Source of the DNA: Lophium mytilinum | Lineage: Eukaryota | Direction: 5' to 3' | Assembly: GCA_010093605.1 (NCBI GenBank) | Contig: MU004189.1 | Span: 1,681,834-1,745,833 of the forward strand | Length of the DNA stretch: 64,000 nucleotides | Shown: positions 60,301 through 64,000 of the stretch, piece after piece | How positions within the stretch are numbered: position 1 is the stretch's first letter | Layout: each line of letters starts with the position of its first letter | The notes under the pieces: generated by a model | Databases searched by the model: none | What the model saw: the letters and a program-made list of their open reading frames with translations, nothing else | Told to the model about the DNA's origin: nothing | Position numbers and translations under genes: made by a program

Positions 60301-63300
60301 GTGGGCTAAGGGCTACTATGGTAACACGCCTGGCATTGAAGACTCTCAGATCATCGATGTTGTTGAAGACTTCGTCCACCTCTTAATCATTCTCTTGAGT
60401 GATAGGCTGCCCCTTCTTCCTATTGAGGATGAACCGGAGCCTCACGTCATAGCTATGCGCCGCGACATTGCGCACGTTCTCTGCTTCAAGCCGCTGTCCT
60501 TCTCAGAGCTTACTGCTCGCATTGCCGAGAGGGTTCAAGATATGGAGGAGTTCAATACAGTGTTGTCCGACATGACCAAATTCAAGGCTCCGGAGGGCCT
60601 CTCCGACTCCGGAACCTTTGAGCTAAAGGAGGAATTCATTACCCTAATTGACCCATACATCACTCAGTACAACCGTAATCAGCGGGAAGAAGCAGAAACG
60701 ATATATAAGAATTACATGGCCAAGAAAACCGGGAAGGATGCCGAGGATATCGTCTTTGAGCCTAAGTTGAGGGCCATATCATCAGGCGTATTCAAGGATC
60801 TTGCAGCTTTCACCAAGACTCCTTTGTTCGTTCAGATCATCTTCTACCTACTTGGTTATGGTCTTCAGGCCAAGGATGCAACGCCTACAGTCCCACTTAC
60901 AAGAGTTGAAGGCTACCTGCAATTTGTTCTCCAACTAGTATTGGTGGCAATCTTGGAAGATAAAGAGCACGAAGATGAGATGTCAGATGCCGCTTCAGGA
61001 TCCTTCGTCGCCAATATCCTAACCAGACACGCACTTGTCGGGATTGCGGGCCATTCGACGGTCCTATCTATCCTGAATGCATTGGCAGGTATGGAAGACT
61101 TTAAGGCCTGCGAGCCGAAAATCAAGCTCATCATTCACCGTCTCAAGAAACGTGATCAGTCGACGTTCGAATCCGCGTCAACTGCACTCAATCTTTCTAT
61201 AGACAGGATGGACACCGCATCGCCTGCTTCTTTTGTTTCTACTGTGGTCGATAAAGACCTAAAGAAGAAACAAGCGCAAGAGCGGAAGGACAAAGTCATG
61301 GCTGCTTTCAAAGCGCAGCAAGGCGCTTTCTTGGCTAATCAGTCCATTGATTGGGGTGCGGATGATTCGGACGATCTAGATGATGACTTTGCCCCCGTCT
61401 CGGAGAAAACCGTTGTCAAATTTCCTAGTGGAAATTGCATTCTCTGTCAGGAAGAGACAAACGAGCATCGGTTGTACGGCACCTTTGCATACATTGCTGA
61501 AAGCACAATTCTTCGACAGACGGACACCAAGGATGAAGACTGGGTCATGGAGGTGTCAAGTACTCCCACAAACCTTGATCGTTCTGCCGACTCGGTTCGA
61601 CCTTTTGGTGTTGCCGGTCAAAACCGACGAGTAGTAGAGAAGGTGACTTCGGAAGGGAACGTCATAATCACAGAACGACAAGAGCTAGGGAAAGGGTTTC
61701 CTCATGCATATACTAGGCGCGGACCGGTCACGACTGGGTGCGGCCATATCATGCACTTCAACTGTTTCGATGTGTACAACGAGGCTACAAAGCGGCGGCA
61801 TATCAACCAGATTGCTCGGAACCATCCCGAGAGACCGGATGTCAAAGAGTTCCTGTGCCCTCTCTGTAAGGCTCTGGGCAACGCATTCCTCCCTATCATC
61901 TGGAAAGGCAAGACCGTCGAATATCCCGGAATACTCGAACCGAAGATACAGTTCAACGAGTGGATCGGGTCAAGCCTTCCGGTCCAGATTTCGAAGTTAG
62001 ACAAGACTCCTGAGAAATCTCGCATCGAGCGACAGCAGAGTCTGTTCATGGAATATGGCAGTGAAGAAATGATACCGCAGCTGGCGTCTCGCCTCCCTGA
62101 TTTGATGAAAGCAAGCTTCATATCGAGCCCGCCTGTGCCTCAGCCAGCACACCAGCATCGCTTCCAAGTCCCGGCATTCTTGCCTCTTCCTACGCAAGAA
62201 GACCATAGAGATCCTATCGCGATTCCGTCCGAGGGTCACACGGACCCCGCTCAGAGTCTGCCTATGATCGAACTGAATAAGATCTACCAGCGACTGAAGG
62301 AATCACTGCGTCATAATGGCCTTCAGACCCGATTCGCATATCCTCACACTTCAGCAAATACGCTGGACGAATTGACTTATACCGACACATTAGCTAGAGC
62401 GCTTGGATACTCAATTTCTGCCGTTGAGATAGCCCAGAGAGGAGTGGAGTCCCCCAACCCGAGAACTACTCTTTTGGACAAGATTCCACCACAGTCAATA
62501 ACTCATTTGAGAATCTTCTCAGAGACCGTATCGTCATACTACGCAGTTGGTGGTCTTCGGAATTCCAGCGCATCTAAGACATGCCAAGAGTTCATGGACA
62601 GTCGAGACAGGCAATTGCACCAGCTCTTCGTAGGACACCCCAATGTCTTTCCACAGAATGCGCTTCTTTACGAGGCTAAGGGAATATCTGCTCTTCTATA
62701 CCAGGATCCATTCATCTTCCTCTCGGAGTGCGCAGTATGTTGTGTGCCATCACACAATCTGAACATATTCCATATGCTGCGACTTTGCTATCTTGCAGAA
62801 CTTGTTCGAGTCGTCATTGCATATGCGGCTGACGACTCGAGTAATCCGTTTGGAAGCCCGGAAGACGCGCCTGTTATTGATATACCATCAGTGCACGGCC
62901 ACTGGCAGCGCCCAGGCCCATTCATAAATCCCGACAAAAGCAGCGTTTCTCGAGAAGAAATTGAGGACCTGTCTTCGTTCGTAGGTCATATTGTCAACAA
63001 TGCCCGGCTACACGACTATCCATCCTCTGCTGTCTCAGGAAACCACGCCGATGCTACAGCCGCTAAGACCCTGGGGGACGAGAAGTTCTTCCGGTTCATG
63101 CATACGATGATGGAGACTTACGCCCTACCCTTCCTCCGAAAATGTGCCATCCTTTTGAACGTTCGCTATGGCTTAGAATTCCCCTCTACGCCTGTTGCTG
63201 TCTCAGAAGAGCGTGAGATTGTTCGGCTCACGTCCGTCCTCAAACTTCCTGCTTTCCAGGAAATTTTCCGCGACTTTTCCGCTAATAGCCCTGGCGGCGA

Positions 63301-63932
63301 AGCCACTCGAGCAACTGTGAGCGGGTGGTTGCGGCACTGGTCCTGGTCACGGGAGGGCAAGCGCCCCGCCAGACCGACTATATCGCTCGCGCATCCAGCC
63401 ATCTTTGAGCTTGTGGGATTGCCTCGAAACTACGACACTTTGACCGACGAAGCGATCCGGCGGAAGTGCCCCACGACTGGGAAGGAACTGACAGATCCTT
63501 GCGTGTGTCTGTTCTGCGGTGAGATATTCTGCAGTCAAGGCGTTTGCTGCATGAAGGATCGGAACAAAGGGGGTTGCTTCCAGCACCAGACAAAGTAAGT
63601 AAAACCACGATACTAAATTCCGCAAAGCAGCGATTTTTTCTCAAATTACTAACATATTCCACAGGTGCGGCGGCAATATTGGGCTCTTTATCAACATCCG
63701 AAAGTGCATGGTGCTCTTCATGAATATGTCAAACGGCACGTGGGCCGTGGCGCCGTATCTAGACAAGCATGGCGAGGTCGATCCAACATTGAGGCGGCAC
63801 CACCAGCTGTTCTTGAATCAGAAGAGATACGACCACCTTCTGAGACAGATATGGCTCCATCACGGCGTCCCGAGCATGATAGCGAGGAGATTGGAGGGGG
63901 ATGTGAATAACGGAGGCTGGGAGACTTTGTGA
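57350..63932 (+). CDS. UBR1: N-recognin E3 ubiquitin ligase, 2 exons
   Basis: UBR box 'CGHIFKSGEATYRCKTC...GCCDCGD', ClpS-like 'LWNDEKHT', RING 'CILCQE...CGHIMHFNC...CPLCK', C-terminal 'YLDKHGEVD'. Intron 63595-63664. Confidence 0.96.
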
Positions 63933-64000
63933 GTTTGATGTTTTGGCGTTCTGGCATGAGAAAGAGAACCCCATTTCTTAGGCATTTCCTGACTCCCGAG

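Noticed and set aside
57421..63974. Numerous antisense and alternate-frame ORFs over UBR1 (and likewise over other long genes)
   Set aside because: Shadow ORFs expected from codon bias in GC-rich coding DNA.
1..64000. tRNA, rRNA or snoRNA genes
   Set aside because: None recognisable by eye. A covariance-model scan would be needed to exclude them.

Overview
Eukaryotic DNA from a filamentous ascomycete (Pezizomycotina; class not determinable here), with short spliceosomal introns and AT-rich tracts bearing RIP-type mutations. The left arm (1-23.8 kb) holds conserved genes: CNS1-like TPR co-chaperone, Num1/Mcp5-type PH protein, SF3b p14, JHD1 demethylase, an orphan His/Pro-rich ORF, SUI1/eIF1, AIM24 and ATM1. 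The right arm (52.5-64 kb) holds flotillin, PYM, QCR9 and UBR1. Between them is a ~28 kb accessory-looking interval: Zn2Cys6 factor, DHA1 MFS pump, (6-4) photolyase/cryptochrome, GGCT-like protein, APH-like kinase, a DUF6540-like gene with one stop, a PAN/Apple membrane-protein pseudogene, a GNAT-like gene, a DHA2 MFS pump and a hypothetical gene. It also carries eight LTR copies of one Ty1/copia family, including a full-length RIP-inactivated element (TSD ACAAT) nested in a solo LTR of its own family (TSD CTTAC). The least expected structure is this element's use of GATA/TATC microsatellite, both inside its LTRs and as tandem hairpins before gag. No novel system can be established from sequence alone. 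All calls come from reading motifs by eye; no searches were run.
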